Below are positions 20,271 through 28,925 of a DNA stretch of 64,000 nucleotides, piece after piece (the first letter of the stretch is position 1; every line of letters begins with the position of its first letter). This DNA comes from Nocardioidaceae bacterium. Its GTDB lineage: Bacteria; Actinomycetota; Actinomycetes; Propionibacteriales; Nocardioidaceae. Location: positions 9,256-73,255 of the forward strand of contig DASSMS010000142.1 of assembly GCA_035688575.1 (NCBI GenBank), in the 5' to 3' direction. The notes beneath the pieces were generated by a model. The model was given only the letters and a program-made list of their open reading frames with translations, did no database searches and was not told where the DNA came from. The translations under genes were made by a program, and so were the position numbers.

Positions 20271-21128
20271 TCAGGACGCGTCGAGCCTCGCGAGGTCCTC
20301 GCTGTCGAGGGTCAGCTCCGCCGCGGCGACCGAGTCCTGGACCGACTCCACGCGGCTCGCGCCGGGGATCGGGATCACGACCGGGGACTGCGCGAGCTCC
20401 CACGCCAGGGCGACCTGCTGCGGAGAGACCCCGTGCTTGGCCGCCACCTCAGCGAAGGGCGAGAACCGGTCGCCGAGATCGCTCGCGCGGCTCATGCCAC
20501 CGAGAGGGCTCCACGGCAGGAACGCGATTCCCAGCTCGGCGCACAGGTCGAGCTCGGCCTGCGAGCTCCTGAACCTCGGCGAGAACTCGTTCTGCACCGA
20601 GACCAGGCCATCGCCAAGGATCTTGTGCGCCAGCCTGATCTGCTCGGGGTCGGCGTTGGAGATGCCGGCACCCACGATCAGCCCGTCGTCGAGAAGCTCC
20701 TTGAGGCCACCGATGGTCTCGGCGTAGTCGACCTCGGGGTCGGGCCGGTGATGCTGGTAGACACCGATGGCCTCCACGCCCAGCCGGCGCAGCGAGGCCT
20801 CGCAGGCCTTCCTCAGGTAAGCCGGCCTGCCGTCGAGGGCCCACTCCCTGCCTGCGCGGGTGTGCCCGCCCTTGGTGGCGACCAGGACCTCGTCAGAGCC
20901 GGCACCGTACTTCGCGAGCGCACGCGCGATCAGCTCCTCGTTGTGTCCGAACGAGGCCTCGTCGACGGAGTAGGCGTCCGCGGTGTCGATCAGGGTCACG
21001 CCCGCGTCGAGGGCGGCGTGGATCGTGCGTAGGGCCAGGGCCTCGTCGTTGTGCTCACGCACCGACATGGGCATCCCACCGAGCCCGATGGCGCCGACTG
21101 TCCGGTCTCCGATTCGTCGCTGCTGCAT
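20271..21128 (-). CDS. Aldo/keto reductase
   Basis: IGLGGM, IDTADAY, VATKGG, SLRRLG, WSPLGG, PIPGA. Confidence 0.92.
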   Translation of the reverse strand: MQQRRIGDRTVGAIGLGGMPMSVREHNDEALALRTIHAALDAGVTLIDTADAYSVDEASFGHNEELIARALAKYGAGSDEVLVATKGGHTRAGREWALDGRPAYLRKACEASLRRLGVEAIGVYQHHRPDPEVDYAETIGGLKELLDDGLIVGAGISNADPEQIRLAHKILGDGLVSVQNEFSPRFRSSQAELDLCAELGIAFLPWSPLGGMSRASDLGDRFSPFAEVAAKHGVSPQQVALAWELAQSPVVIPIPGASRVESVQDSVAAAELTLDSEDLARLDAS

Positions 21129-21166
21129 CCCCCAAGCGTAGATGGCGCTCTGGCACGATCAACGCC

Positions 21167-22270
21167 GTGAGCGACCTTCCCGACACCCTGGACCGAGCCT
21201 GGCAGCGTGGACGAGTCTCCGCGCGGGCACGTCTGGCTCGTGTGAGCTCGAAGTCCTGGCACATCGGCCAGGCCGCCGTCGCCGCCGCACTCGCCTGGGT
21301 CATCGCCAAGGACGTCTTGGGGCACCCCACGCCCTTCTTCGCCCCGATCGCTGCGGTGGTCTGCCTCGGAACCTCCTACGGCCAACGGCTGCGCAGGGTC
21401 GCCGAGGTGACCGTGGGCGTGGCGGTCGGTGTGTTCGTCGCCGACCTGCTCGTCCTCGCTCTCGGCACGGGCTGGTGGCAGCTCGGCCTGGTCGTCGCCC
21501 TCGCCATGTCGGCCGCCGTCCTGCTCGACACCGGCGGGCTGCTGGTGACGCAAGCGGCCGTCCAGTCCATCATCGTGACGACGCTGCTCCCGGACCCCGA
21601 CCAGGCCCTCCTTCGATGGACCGACGCGCTCGTCGGCGGAGCGGTCGCCCTGGTCGCGGCGGCGGTGGTGCCGGGCGCACCACTGCGACGCCCTCGGGAG
21701 CGGGCGGCGGTCGTCGTACGCAAGATCGCCTCGCTCCTGCGTACCGCCTCGGAGAGCGCGGTCGACGGCGACCTCGAACGGGCTCTGGCGATGCTCGCCA
21801 GCGCACGCACGACCGAGCCCCTGATCCGCGAGCTCCAGGCTGCGGCGGACGAGGGGATGTCCGTGGTCGCCTCCTCCCCGTTCCGGCGCAGGCACCGCGG
21901 TCAGGTACGCCGGATGACCGAGCTCATCGAGCCGCTGGACCGGGCCATGAGGAACACCCGGGTGCTCGTCCGCCGGGTGGCCGTAGCCATCTACCACGGC
22001 GAGCAGCTCCCGCGCGCCTACGCCGTCCTGTGCGCCGACCTCGCCGACGTCACCGACGAGATGGCGGCCGTCCTCGAGCGTGACGAGATGGCCTCGGGGG
22101 TGCGCGACGCCCTGATCCGGATCGGCTACGGCACCGCGGAGGTCGAGCGCGTGCCCGACCTCTCCGCCGAGGTGGTGCTGGCCCAGATCAGGTCCATCAT
22201 CGTCGACCTGCTGCAGATCACAGGTCTGGACGTCGTCGAGTCGACCGACGCTCTCCCGCCCGCGAGGTGA
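21167..22270 (+). CDS. FUSC / aromatic acid exporter family membrane protein
   Basis: PFFAPIAAVVCLG, TQAAVQS, TM bundle followed by a helical C-terminal domain. Confidence 0.82.
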   Translation: MSDLPDTLDRAWQRGRVSARARLARVSSKSWHIGQAAVAAALAWVIAKDVLGHPTPFFAPIAAVVCLGTSYGQRLRRVAEVTVGVAVGVFVADLLVLALGTGWWQLGLVVALAMSAAVLLDTGGLLVTQAAVQSIIVTTLLPDPDQALLRWTDALVGGAVALVAAAVVPGAPLRRPRERAAVVVRKIASLLRTASESAVDGDLERALAMLASARTTEPLIRELQAAADEGMSVVASSPFRRRHRGQVRRMTELIEPLDRAMRNTRVLVRRVAVAIYHGEQLPRAYAVLCADLADVTDEMAAVLERDEMASGVRDALIRIGYGTAEVERVPDLSAEVVLAQIRSIIVDLLQITGLDVVESTDALPPAR

Positions 22271-22296
22271 GCGAGTTGGTCGTAGTCTGGTCGGCG

Positions 22297-22917
22297 ATGT
22301 CAGACACGCCTCGCTACCGTCGACCCGCCATGCCCGGCGCGGCGCACTTCCACGCGATCCCGAGCGGGGACGACCCCGCCGTGCGCGCGGAGGCCGCCGA
22401 CAGGTGCGCGACGCTGCTCGTCCGCGGCGCGCGGGACCGTGCCGACGAGGAGGTCGTCGCCCGGGTCGTCTCGCTGGCCGACACCGAGGGTCTGGAGACG
22501 CTGGCGGACCTGTGGGCAGGCTCTCCCTCCGACTCGCTGGCCGGCTGCCTGTGGCGGCTCTACCTGCTCCGCTCCTGGGTGTACGCCGACCCCGCCTCCG
22601 CGGCCACCGAGTTCGACACCGGCCGGCGGCACACCCCCGTCCACGAGGTCGTCGCCGGAGTCGTGGACCCCCCCGGTCCTGATGAGGTCCGCCACCTCGT
22701 CGACCAGGTCCTCCGGGGCGTCGCCCGCGGGGACTTCGCCGACACGCTGTACCGCGCTGCCGCCTTCGCCAGGGTCGTGTCGGCCGGCCGCGCCCACCGC
22801 GCCGACGAGGGGACGCGCTCGACATACGCCCACGACCTCTCCGCCGCGAAGCTCGCCACGATGGCCGAGCAGCTCGAGCACGCCGCCCGGCTCGAGGTCG
22901 ACGGGCTCCTGTCCTGA
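22297..22917 (+). CDS. Hypothetical helical protein of an actinobacterial family
   Basis: GDDPA...LADLW...SLAGCLWRLYLLRSW...PGPDE...GDFA..L.RAAAF. TAGTCT -10 lies 8 nt before ATG. Family membership is recalled, not searched. Confidence 0.8.
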   Translation: MSDTPRYRRPAMPGAAHFHAIPSGDDPAVRAEAADRCATLLVRGARDRADEEVVARVVSLADTEGLETLADLWAGSPSDSLAGCLWRLYLLRSWVYADPASAATEFDTGRRHTPVHEVVAGVVDPPGPDEVRHLVDQVLRGVARGDFADTLYRAAAFARVVSAGRAHRADEGTRSTYAHDLSAAKLATMAEQLEHAARLEVDGLLS

Positions 22918-22953
22918 TCTGGAGATCTGCTGGGATCGCGGAGTCCGACTTTG

Positions 22954-22959
22954 TACAAT
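22954..22959 (+). promoter_or_regulatory. Sigma-A-type -10 element (TACAAT) for the downstream candidate ncRNA
   Basis: 5/6 match to TATAAT in ~70% GC DNA, 5 nt before the RNA closing stem, with no + strand gene following. Confidence 0.65.
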
Positions 22960-22964
22960 TGAGC

Positions 22965-23049
22965 GCGTGCCGGGCCGCGGCAGCCCCGGGTCCCAAAATT
23001 AGCCGCTGAGAGCGGCCACGCGCCGTGAGGCGCTCCCGGACCGGCACGC
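22965..23049 (+). ncRNA. Candidate structured small RNA (~85 nt), family not recognised
   Basis: Closing stem GCGTGCCGG/CCGGCACGC; internal hairpins GCCGC-TGAGA-GCGGC and GCGCC-GTGA-GGCGC; upstream -10 and downstream hairpin terminator. Confidence 0.65.
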
Positions 23050-23055
23050 ACGAAG

Positions 23056-23091
23056 CGAAGGCCCGCTGTCCCTTGGGACGGCGGGCCTTCG
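23056..23091. terminator. Strong hairpin terminator between the candidate ncRNA and convergent psuG
   Basis: CGAAGGCCCGCTGTCC / GGACGGCGGGCCTTCG, 16 bp with one G-U. Confidence 0.75.
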
Positions 23092-23129
23092 TGGTTCTCG
23101 CTCGGGGCCTGCGTGCAAGACACAGCCGC

Positions 23130-24035
23130 TCACAAGACGTGGGCGGCGATCTCCGCGGCCAGGCGCGCGTTGTCACGCACCAGCGCGACGTTCGCCGCGA
23201 GACTGGCACCTCGGGTCTGCTCGTGGAACCACGCGAGCAGGAAAGGGGTCACGTCCTTGCCTCGCACCCCCGCCTCGTCGGCCGCGGCCAGGCCGGAGTC
23301 GAGGGTCCGCCGGTGCAGGTCGTGATCCATCTCGTCGTCGGCGGCGATCGGGTTCGCGACGACGATCCCCTGGGTCAGGGCCAGGGCGTCCCTTCGCTCC
23401 ATCACGGCCGCCACCTCCGCCGGCCCGTCCACCCGCCACGGCACGGGCAGGCCGGTGTCGCGGATGTAGAAACCCGGGAACGTGGCGGTGCGGTACCCCA
23501 CGACGGTCACCGACAGCGTCTCGAGACGCTCCAGGGTCGCCGGCACGTCGAGGATCGACTTCACCCCGGCGCAGACCACGGTCACCGGGACCGAGGACAG
23601 TGCGGCGAGGTCGGCGGACTCGTCCCAGGTGTCTTGCGCTCCTCGGTGCACGCCGCCCAGGCCGCCCGTCGCGAACACCCTGATGCCCGCGAGGTGGGCC
23701 AGGTAGGACGTCGAGGCGACGGTCGTCGCGCCCGTCGTACCCCTGGCCAGGACCAGGCCCAGGTCACGGATGCTGGCCTTGACCACCTCCTCGCCCTCCG
23801 CGACGCGCACCAGGTCGTCGTCGCCGAGCCCCACACGCACGAGCCCGTCCACGACGGCGATGGTCGCCGGCACCGCACCGGAGCGGCGTACCTCCGCCTC
23901 GATCTCGCGGGCGGTCTCGGCGCTGGTCTCGGTCGGCAGCCCGTGGCTGATGATCGTGGACTCCAATGCCACGACACCGGTGCCGCATGCAATAGCGTCG
24001 GAGACCTCTTCGGACAGTCGGAGGGGAACGCTCAC
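23130..24035 (-). CDS. psuG: Pseudouridine-5'-phosphate glycosidase
   Basis: VVALESTIISHGLP, GATTVA, FATGGLGGVHRG, DESADL, GVKSILD, GKDVTPFLL. Confidence 0.94.
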   Translation of the reverse strand: MSVPLRLSEEVSDAIACGTGVVALESTIISHGLPTETSAETAREIEAEVRRSGAVPATIAVVDGLVRVGLGDDDLVRVAEGEEVVKASIRDLGLVLARGTTGATTVASTSYLAHLAGIRVFATGGLGGVHRGAQDTWDESADLAALSSVPVTVVCAGVKSILDVPATLERLETLSVTVVGYRTATFPGFYIRDTGLPVPWRVDGPAEVAAVMERRDALALTQGIVVANPIAADDEMDHDLHRRTLDSGLAAADEAGVRGKDVTPFLLAWFHEQTRGASLAANVALVRDNARLAAEIAAHVL

Positions 24036-24068
24036 CCGCGCATTGTGCCGGAGGAAGGGGCTGGAGCG

Positions 24069-24941
24069 GTGCTTGTGGCGTGTCTTGGCGACATCATGCT
24101 CGACGTCATCGTCGACGTGTCCGACGGCCTCGTGCCCGACGACGACACTCCCGCGCACATCACCTTCGCCGCGGGAGGCCAGGCAGCCAACGTCGCAGGA
24201 TGGGTGCAGGAGTACGGCGCACAGGCTCGTCTGTTCGGACCCCGGGCCGCGCAGGGGCCGGGCCAGTACGTCGACGAGGCGCTGGAGGCCGCCGGCATCG
24301 AGGTGCACGGCCCCGTCACGGGAAGGGCCGGCACCGTCGTCTCCGTCGTTTCGCACGGCGCGCGATCCCTGGCCTCCGACCCCGGGACCTCGGCCTGGCT
24401 GGACGAGGTCGCCCCCGGCCCGTGGCTGGAGGGCGCGGACTGGTTGTTCGTGTCAGGCTACGCCTTGTTCCGCGCCCCGCACCCCGAGGTGCTGGTCGAC
24501 CTCGCGGCGTCGGCGCGTGCAGCGGGCACGCAGGTCGCGGTGGACCTCTCGTCCGCGGCCTTGATCCACGCCTACGGCCCGTCGCGCTTCCGTGCGCTCT
24601 GGCAGGCGCTGCGGCCGGCCGTGGTGCTCGCCAACGAGCTGGAGTGGGCGGCGACGCAGGGTCCCGGCGCACCCGATCGCGAACCGGTCCCGGGGTTCGG
24701 CACCGGCGGCACCACGGTGCTCGTGCTGAAGCAGGGTGCGAAGGGCTGCTCCTTCGTGATCGACGGGGTCGAGGACCACCGCCTTCCGGTGCCTGGACCC
24801 GTCGTGGACGCCACGGGTGCTGGCGACGCCCTCGCCGCCGGATACCTGGTCGGAGGCCCCGAGATCGCGATGGAGGCCGCAGCCCGGTGCGTCGCCCGGG
24901 CCGGTGCCCAGCCGAGCACGATGCTCCCGGACTCGCCGTGA
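24069..24941 (+). CDS. PfkB/ribokinase family kinase (probable pseudouridine kinase)
   Basis: GGQAANVA, ANELE, VLKQGAKG, VDATGAGDA; divergent from psuG. Confidence 0.85.
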   Translation: MLVACLGDIMLDVIVDVSDGLVPDDDTPAHITFAAGGQAANVAGWVQEYGAQARLFGPRAAQGPGQYVDEALEAAGIEVHGPVTGRAGTVVSVVSHGARSLASDPGTSAWLDEVAPGPWLEGADWLFVSGYALFRAPHPEVLVDLAASARAAGTQVAVDLSSAALIHAYGPSRFRALWQALRPAVVLANELEWAATQGPGAPDREPVPGFGTGGTTVLVLKQGAKGCSFVIDGVEDHRLPVPGPVVDATGAGDALAAGYLVGGPEIAMEAAARCVARAGAQPSTMLPDSP

Positions 24942-25369
24942 GCTCCGCCGGGGTCCGCGCCGGGGGCGTGAGCGTGCCGGAGCACGAGCTCGCCTGGCGG
25001 TTCAGCAGGGCCGGCGGACCGGGAGGCCAGTCGGTCAACACCACCGACAGCAGGGCCGAGGTGGTCTTCGACCTCGCAGGCTCACCGTCCGTGCCGGAGC
25101 ACCTGCGGCAGCGTGCGCTGGGACGGCTCGCGCACCGCCTCGTCGACGGGCGGGTGAGCGTCGTGGCGTCGGAGTACCGCTCCCAGCACCGCAACCGCGA
25201 GGCCGCACGCGCTCGCCTTGCGGAGCTGCTCGAGCGGGCGTTCGCTCCCCCTGCGCCGAAGCGGCGCCCCACCCGGCCCACGCGTGGCTCCAGGGAGCGG
25301 AGGCTGGCCGGAAAGCGCCGACGCGGGGACATCAAGTCCCTGCGCCGCCGCCCCGATCTCGGAGGCTAG
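24938..25369 (+). CDS. arfB: Alternative ribosome rescue peptidyl-tRNA hydrolase ArfB
   Basis: FSRAGGPGGQSVN (GGQ), RSQHRNR, basic tail RRPTRPTRGSRERRL. Confidence 0.92.
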   Translation: MSSAGVRAGGVSVPEHELAWRFSRAGGPGGQSVNTTDSRAEVVFDLAGSPSVPEHLRQRALGRLAHRLVDGRVSVVASEYRSQHRNREAARARLAELLERAFAPPAPKRRPTRPTRGSRERRLAGKRRRGDIKSLRRRPDLGG

Positions 25370-26295
25370 AAGGTGACCTCGGCGACGACCCCGGCATGGT
25401 CGGAGGGCCAGAGACCAGACGAGGTTCGGTCCTGCGGACGGCCGCCCACCACCCGGCAGTCGGCGACGTCGGCGCCGCGCACCCAGACGTAGTCGATCCG
25501 GGTCTCCAGCGCGTGGTCACCGGTCAGGCCGGTGTTCTGGCCCGAGGTGAGGCCGGCCCCGCCCCGGCCCGCGACCGCCCATGCGTCGACGTACTCCGCC
25601 GGCATCCCCACGACCTCAGGAGTGGCGTTGAAGTCTCCGACCACCACCAGTGGCCGGTCGGTGGCCGCGAGGGTCGCCAGCACCTCGTCGCGCTGGGCGT
25701 CGCGGATCCGAGGCTCCCATGCCTCGGTGTGGACGTTGACGAACCGGAAGGTGCTGCCGTCCACCTCCGCGTCCACCCACCCCCAGCTTCGACCGACGTC
25801 GAGCACGAGGTCCGGCATGCCGGTGGCGATCTTGAGAGAGGACGAGAAGCCGAAGGTCCGCTCACCGGTGACGCGGACGCCGCTGCGGCGTCGTACCAGG
25901 ATCACGTTGCGGCCCTGCACCGCCATGGAGGACGCCTCGGCCACATGTGCCCCGCCCTGGAAGGTCGCCGCGCTCGCGTGGACGTCGTAGGGCTCTCCCG
26001 CGCGCTCGAGGGCCCCGAGCAACACGCTCAGGAAGTCGAGCCAGACCTCGTGACGCTCACCGCGACCGTCCTCGACGACCCTCGACCAGGAGGCAACCTC
26101 CTGAAGCCCCACGACGTCGACCTGCTCCTCGACGAGCACTCGGGCGATGGCCTCGGCTCGCGCGGGGAAGTCCGTCGCCACGACCTGGTCGAGCACGAGC
26201 CGGGCCTTCCCGGCGAGGTCCTCAGGGCTGGTCACCGCGAAGATCACGGTCAGGTCAGCACCCAGGTACAGGTTGTAGGTCGCGACGGTGCACAT
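25366..26295 (-). CDS. Endonuclease/exonuclease/phosphatase (EEP) family protein
   Basis: ATYN, GLQEV, NVHTE, VGDFN, RIDYV, PSDHAGV. Confidence 0.88.
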   Translation of the reverse strand: MCTVATYNLYLGADLTVIFAVTSPEDLAGKARLVLDQVVATDFPARAEAIARVLVEEQVDVVGLQEVASWSRVVEDGRGERHEVWLDFLSVLLGALERAGEPYDVHASAATFQGGAHVAEASSMAVQGRNVILVRRRSGVRVTGERTFGFSSSLKIATGMPDLVLDVGRSWGWVDAEVDGSTFRFVNVHTEAWEPRIRDAQRDEVLATLAATDRPLVVVGDFNATPEVVGMPAEYVDAWAVAGRGGAGLTSGQNTGLTGDHALETRIDYVWVRGADVADCRVVGGRPQDRTSSGLWPSDHAGVVAEVTF

Positions 26296-26389
26296 GGTCG
26301 CAGCAACGTACACCGACCTCGGCGCATGTCAGCGCAACCTCCGGGTATCTCGTCGGCAGGGGCCGCGGGGGCCCGCACCAGGAGGAGCC

Positions 26390-27787
26390 ATGAGCAGCTT
26401 CGTCAGGGAAGTCAAGGAGACCGGCAACGGCCTGCTGATCAGGATCGTCGCGATCGCAGCCATCGGCGGTCTCCTGTTCGGCTACGACACCGGCGTCATC
26501 TCCGGTGCCCTTCTCTACATCAAGGAGGACCTCGGCGCCGGCACCTTCGAGCAGCAGGCGATCGTCGCGGCGCTGCTGCTCGGCGCGATGGTGGGCGCCC
26601 TGATCTCGGGCTACCTCGCCGACCGGATCAGTCGCAAGTGGACCAAGCTGCTCGCCGGGTGCATCTACGTCGTGGGCGCCTTGGGCTGCGCCCTCTCCCT
26701 CACCGCCGAGATGCTGATCGGCTTCCGGTTCCTCCTCGGTCTCGCGGTCGGCACCGCCTCGTTCGTGGCGCCGCTCTACATCTCAGAGGTCTCGCCCCCG
26801 AAGGTCCGTGGCGGCCTCGTGTCGTTCAACCAGCTCGCCATCGTCACGGGCATCCTGCTCGCCTACGTCGCCAACTACACGCTCAAGGACTTCCCTGAGC
26901 AGTGGCGCTGGATGCTCGGCGTGGCGGCGATCCCGGGCCTGGTGCTGACTCTCGGGATGCTCACCGTCCCGCACTCACCCCGCTGGCTCAAGTCACATGG
27001 TCGCGACGACGAGGCACGCGACGTCCTGGAGCGGCTCCGCGCGGGCGACCCCAACGCCGACATCGACGGAGAGATCCGCGACATCGAGGAGGCCACCCAG
27101 AAGGAGCGCGGCACGACGGTGCGGAGCCTGCTGCGCCCCGAGCTGCGGCCGATGTTCGCGGTCGGTCTACTACTCGCCGTCGCCCAGCAGTTCGTCGGCG
27201 TGAACACGGTCATCTACTACGCCCCGACCATCCTGTCCGACACGGGGATGGGCAACAGCGCCGCCTTGGCCGCGACCGTGATCGTCGGTGCCACCAACCT
27301 GGTGTTCACGGTCGTGGCGGTGGTGCTGCTCGACAAGGTGGGGCGCCGGGCGTTGCTCATGACGGGAACCGTCGGGCTTCTTCTCGCGCTGCTCCTGCTC
27401 GGCGTGTACTTCACCTCGAGCACGCTCCAGCAGGACTACGGGTGGGTCGCACTGGCCGGGCTGGTGCTGTTCATCGCGTCCTTCGCAGTCGGGCTCGGGC
27501 CGGTGTTCTGGCTGATGATCTCCGAGATCTTCCCCGTCGGCGCACGCGGCAAGGCCATGTCGGTCTGCACCATCGCCAACTGGGGCGCGAACTTCCTCGT
27601 CGCCCAGACGTTCCTGAGCCTGAGCGAGGCGATCACCCGGCAGGGCGTCTTCTTCCTCTACGCCGCTCTCGCAGTGGCCTCGGTCGTCCTGTTCGCGAGG
27701 TGGGTCCCCGAGACCAAGGGGCGCTCGCTGGAGGAGATCCAGAACGACCTCGTCGAGGACCGTGCCGAGGCGACGTCCTCGTCCTGA
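26390..27787 (+). CDS. Sugar porter family MFS transporter
   Basis: GGLLFGYDTGVISG, PLYISE, QQFVGVNTVIYY, DKVGRR, PETKGRSLEEI. Confidence 0.93.
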   Translation: MSSFVREVKETGNGLLIRIVAIAAIGGLLFGYDTGVISGALLYIKEDLGAGTFEQQAIVAALLLGAMVGALISGYLADRISRKWTKLLAGCIYVVGALGCALSLTAEMLIGFRFLLGLAVGTASFVAPLYISEVSPPKVRGGLVSFNQLAIVTGILLAYVANYTLKDFPEQWRWMLGVAAIPGLVLTLGMLTVPHSPRWLKSHGRDDEARDVLERLRAGDPNADIDGEIRDIEEATQKERGTTVRSLLRPELRPMFAVGLLLAVAQQFVGVNTVIYYAPTILSDTGMGNSAALAATVIVGATNLVFTVVAVVLLDKVGRRALLMTGTVGLLLALLLLGVYFTSSTLQQDYGWVALAGLVLFIASFAVGLGPVFWLMISEIFPVGARGKAMSVCTIANWGANFLVAQTFLSLSEAITRQGVFFLYAALAVASVVLFARWVPETKGRSLEEIQNDLVEDRAEATSSS

Positions 27788-27844
27788 CCCACCGGACCAC
27801 CCACGGCTCGGCGGCTCGGGTCACGGTCCGCATAGCATCGGCGC

Positions 27845-28324
27845 ATGACCCGTCTCGGCAAGCTCATGCGCTCCTTCGTACGCCAGACCACCGACCCGCT
27901 CCACACGCCTTCCGGCCAGACGGAGCCGCCGGCGGAGGAGGCCGGCTCGCTGCAGTACTCCCCCGAGCTCGACGGCGAGCCGGACCCGGGCGAGGTCGTC
28001 TGGGCCTGGGTGCCCTACGAGGACGACCCTTCTCAAGGCAAGGACCGACCCGTCCTCGTGATCGGTCGTGACGGGCGAACACTCCTGGCGCTCCAGCTGA
28101 CCAGCCAGGACCACGACCTGGACGCCGAGGACGAGGCCCGTTACGGCCGCTACTGGATGGACATCGGCAGCGGCGCCTGGGACCACGAGGGCCGCCCCAG
28201 CGAGGTGCGCCTCGACCGCCTCCTCCGGCTCGACGAGCAGGGAGTACGACGCGAGGGCGCCATCCTCGACAGGCCCATGTTCGACGCGGTGATCCGCGAG
28301 GCGCACGCCCACCACGACTTCTGA
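27845..28324 (+). CDS. PemK/MazF-like family protein (orphan)
   Basis: PGEVVWAWVPYEDDPSQGKDRPVLVIG, LTSQ, SEVRLDR. Confidence 0.8.
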   Translation: MTRLGKLMRSFVRQTTDPLHTPSGQTEPPAEEAGSLQYSPELDGEPDPGEVVWAWVPYEDDPSQGKDRPVLVIGRDGRTLLALQLTSQDHDLDAEDEARYGRYWMDIGSGAWDHEGRPSEVRLDRLLRLDEQGVRREGAILDRPMFDAVIREAHAHHDF

Positions 28325-28378
28325 GCCACCCGTCCCTCGGTCCCGCCCGCGGCCCGACCGGGGTGGCAGACTTCGCCC

Positions 28379-28876
28379 GTGATCTCGATCCGCACCGCAG
28401 CCGACACCGACGACCCGTCGCTCGCAGCCATCGACCAGGAGACGTGGACGGCGAAGGTCTCGCCCGCTCCCCCGCGTGAGGCGGGCGCCAGGTTCTTCAG
28501 CGAGCGGACGCGTCCGGAGGACGTCCTCGTCGCGGAGGTCGAGGGCCACGTGGCCGGCTACCTGGTACTGCACCAGGCGATCCCGCTGCCGTCGCACGAC
28601 CACGTCCTCGAGGTGAACGGGCTCGCGGTCTCTCCCCGTTGGCAGGGCCGGGGCGTCGGCGGACGGCTGGTCGAGGAGGCGAAACGGGAGGCCTCCCGGC
28701 GGGGAGCCCGGAAGCTCACCTTGCGGGTGCTGAGACCCAACGCCTGCGCCCGCCGGCTCTACGAGGGGTGCGGGTTCGAGGTCGAGGGAGTCCTGAGGGG
28801 AGAGTTCGTCCTCGACGGGCGGCTCACCGACGACGTGCTGATGGCCTGTCACCTTCCGGTGGCCGGCGCCGGGTGA
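28379..28876 (+). CDS. GNAT family N-acetyltransferase
   Basis: LAVSPRWQGRGVG, N..ARRLYEGCGF. Confidence 0.88.
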   Translation: MISIRTAADTDDPSLAAIDQETWTAKVSPAPPREAGARFFSERTRPEDVLVAEVEGHVAGYLVLHQAIPLPSHDHVLEVNGLAVSPRWQGRGVGGRLVEEAKREASRRGARKLTLRVLRPNACARRLYEGCGFEVEGVLRGEFVLDGRLTDDVLMACHLPVAGAG

Positions 28877-28925
28877 CTGCGCCCTGGCCGAACCGCCGTC
28901 GTCATCTCGACCAGCAGGAGGAGCA

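Noticed and set aside
22965-23049. Identification of the structured RNA as tRNA, SRP RNA, 6C RNA, riboswitch or HDV-like ribozyme
   Set aside because: Diagnostic motifs are not visible and no downstream same-strand gene exists. Kept as an unassigned ncRNA candidate.
23025-24068. Long N-terminal extension of the PfkB ORF
   Set aside because: Antisense to psuG; the kinase motifs start at GTG 24069 after GGAG.
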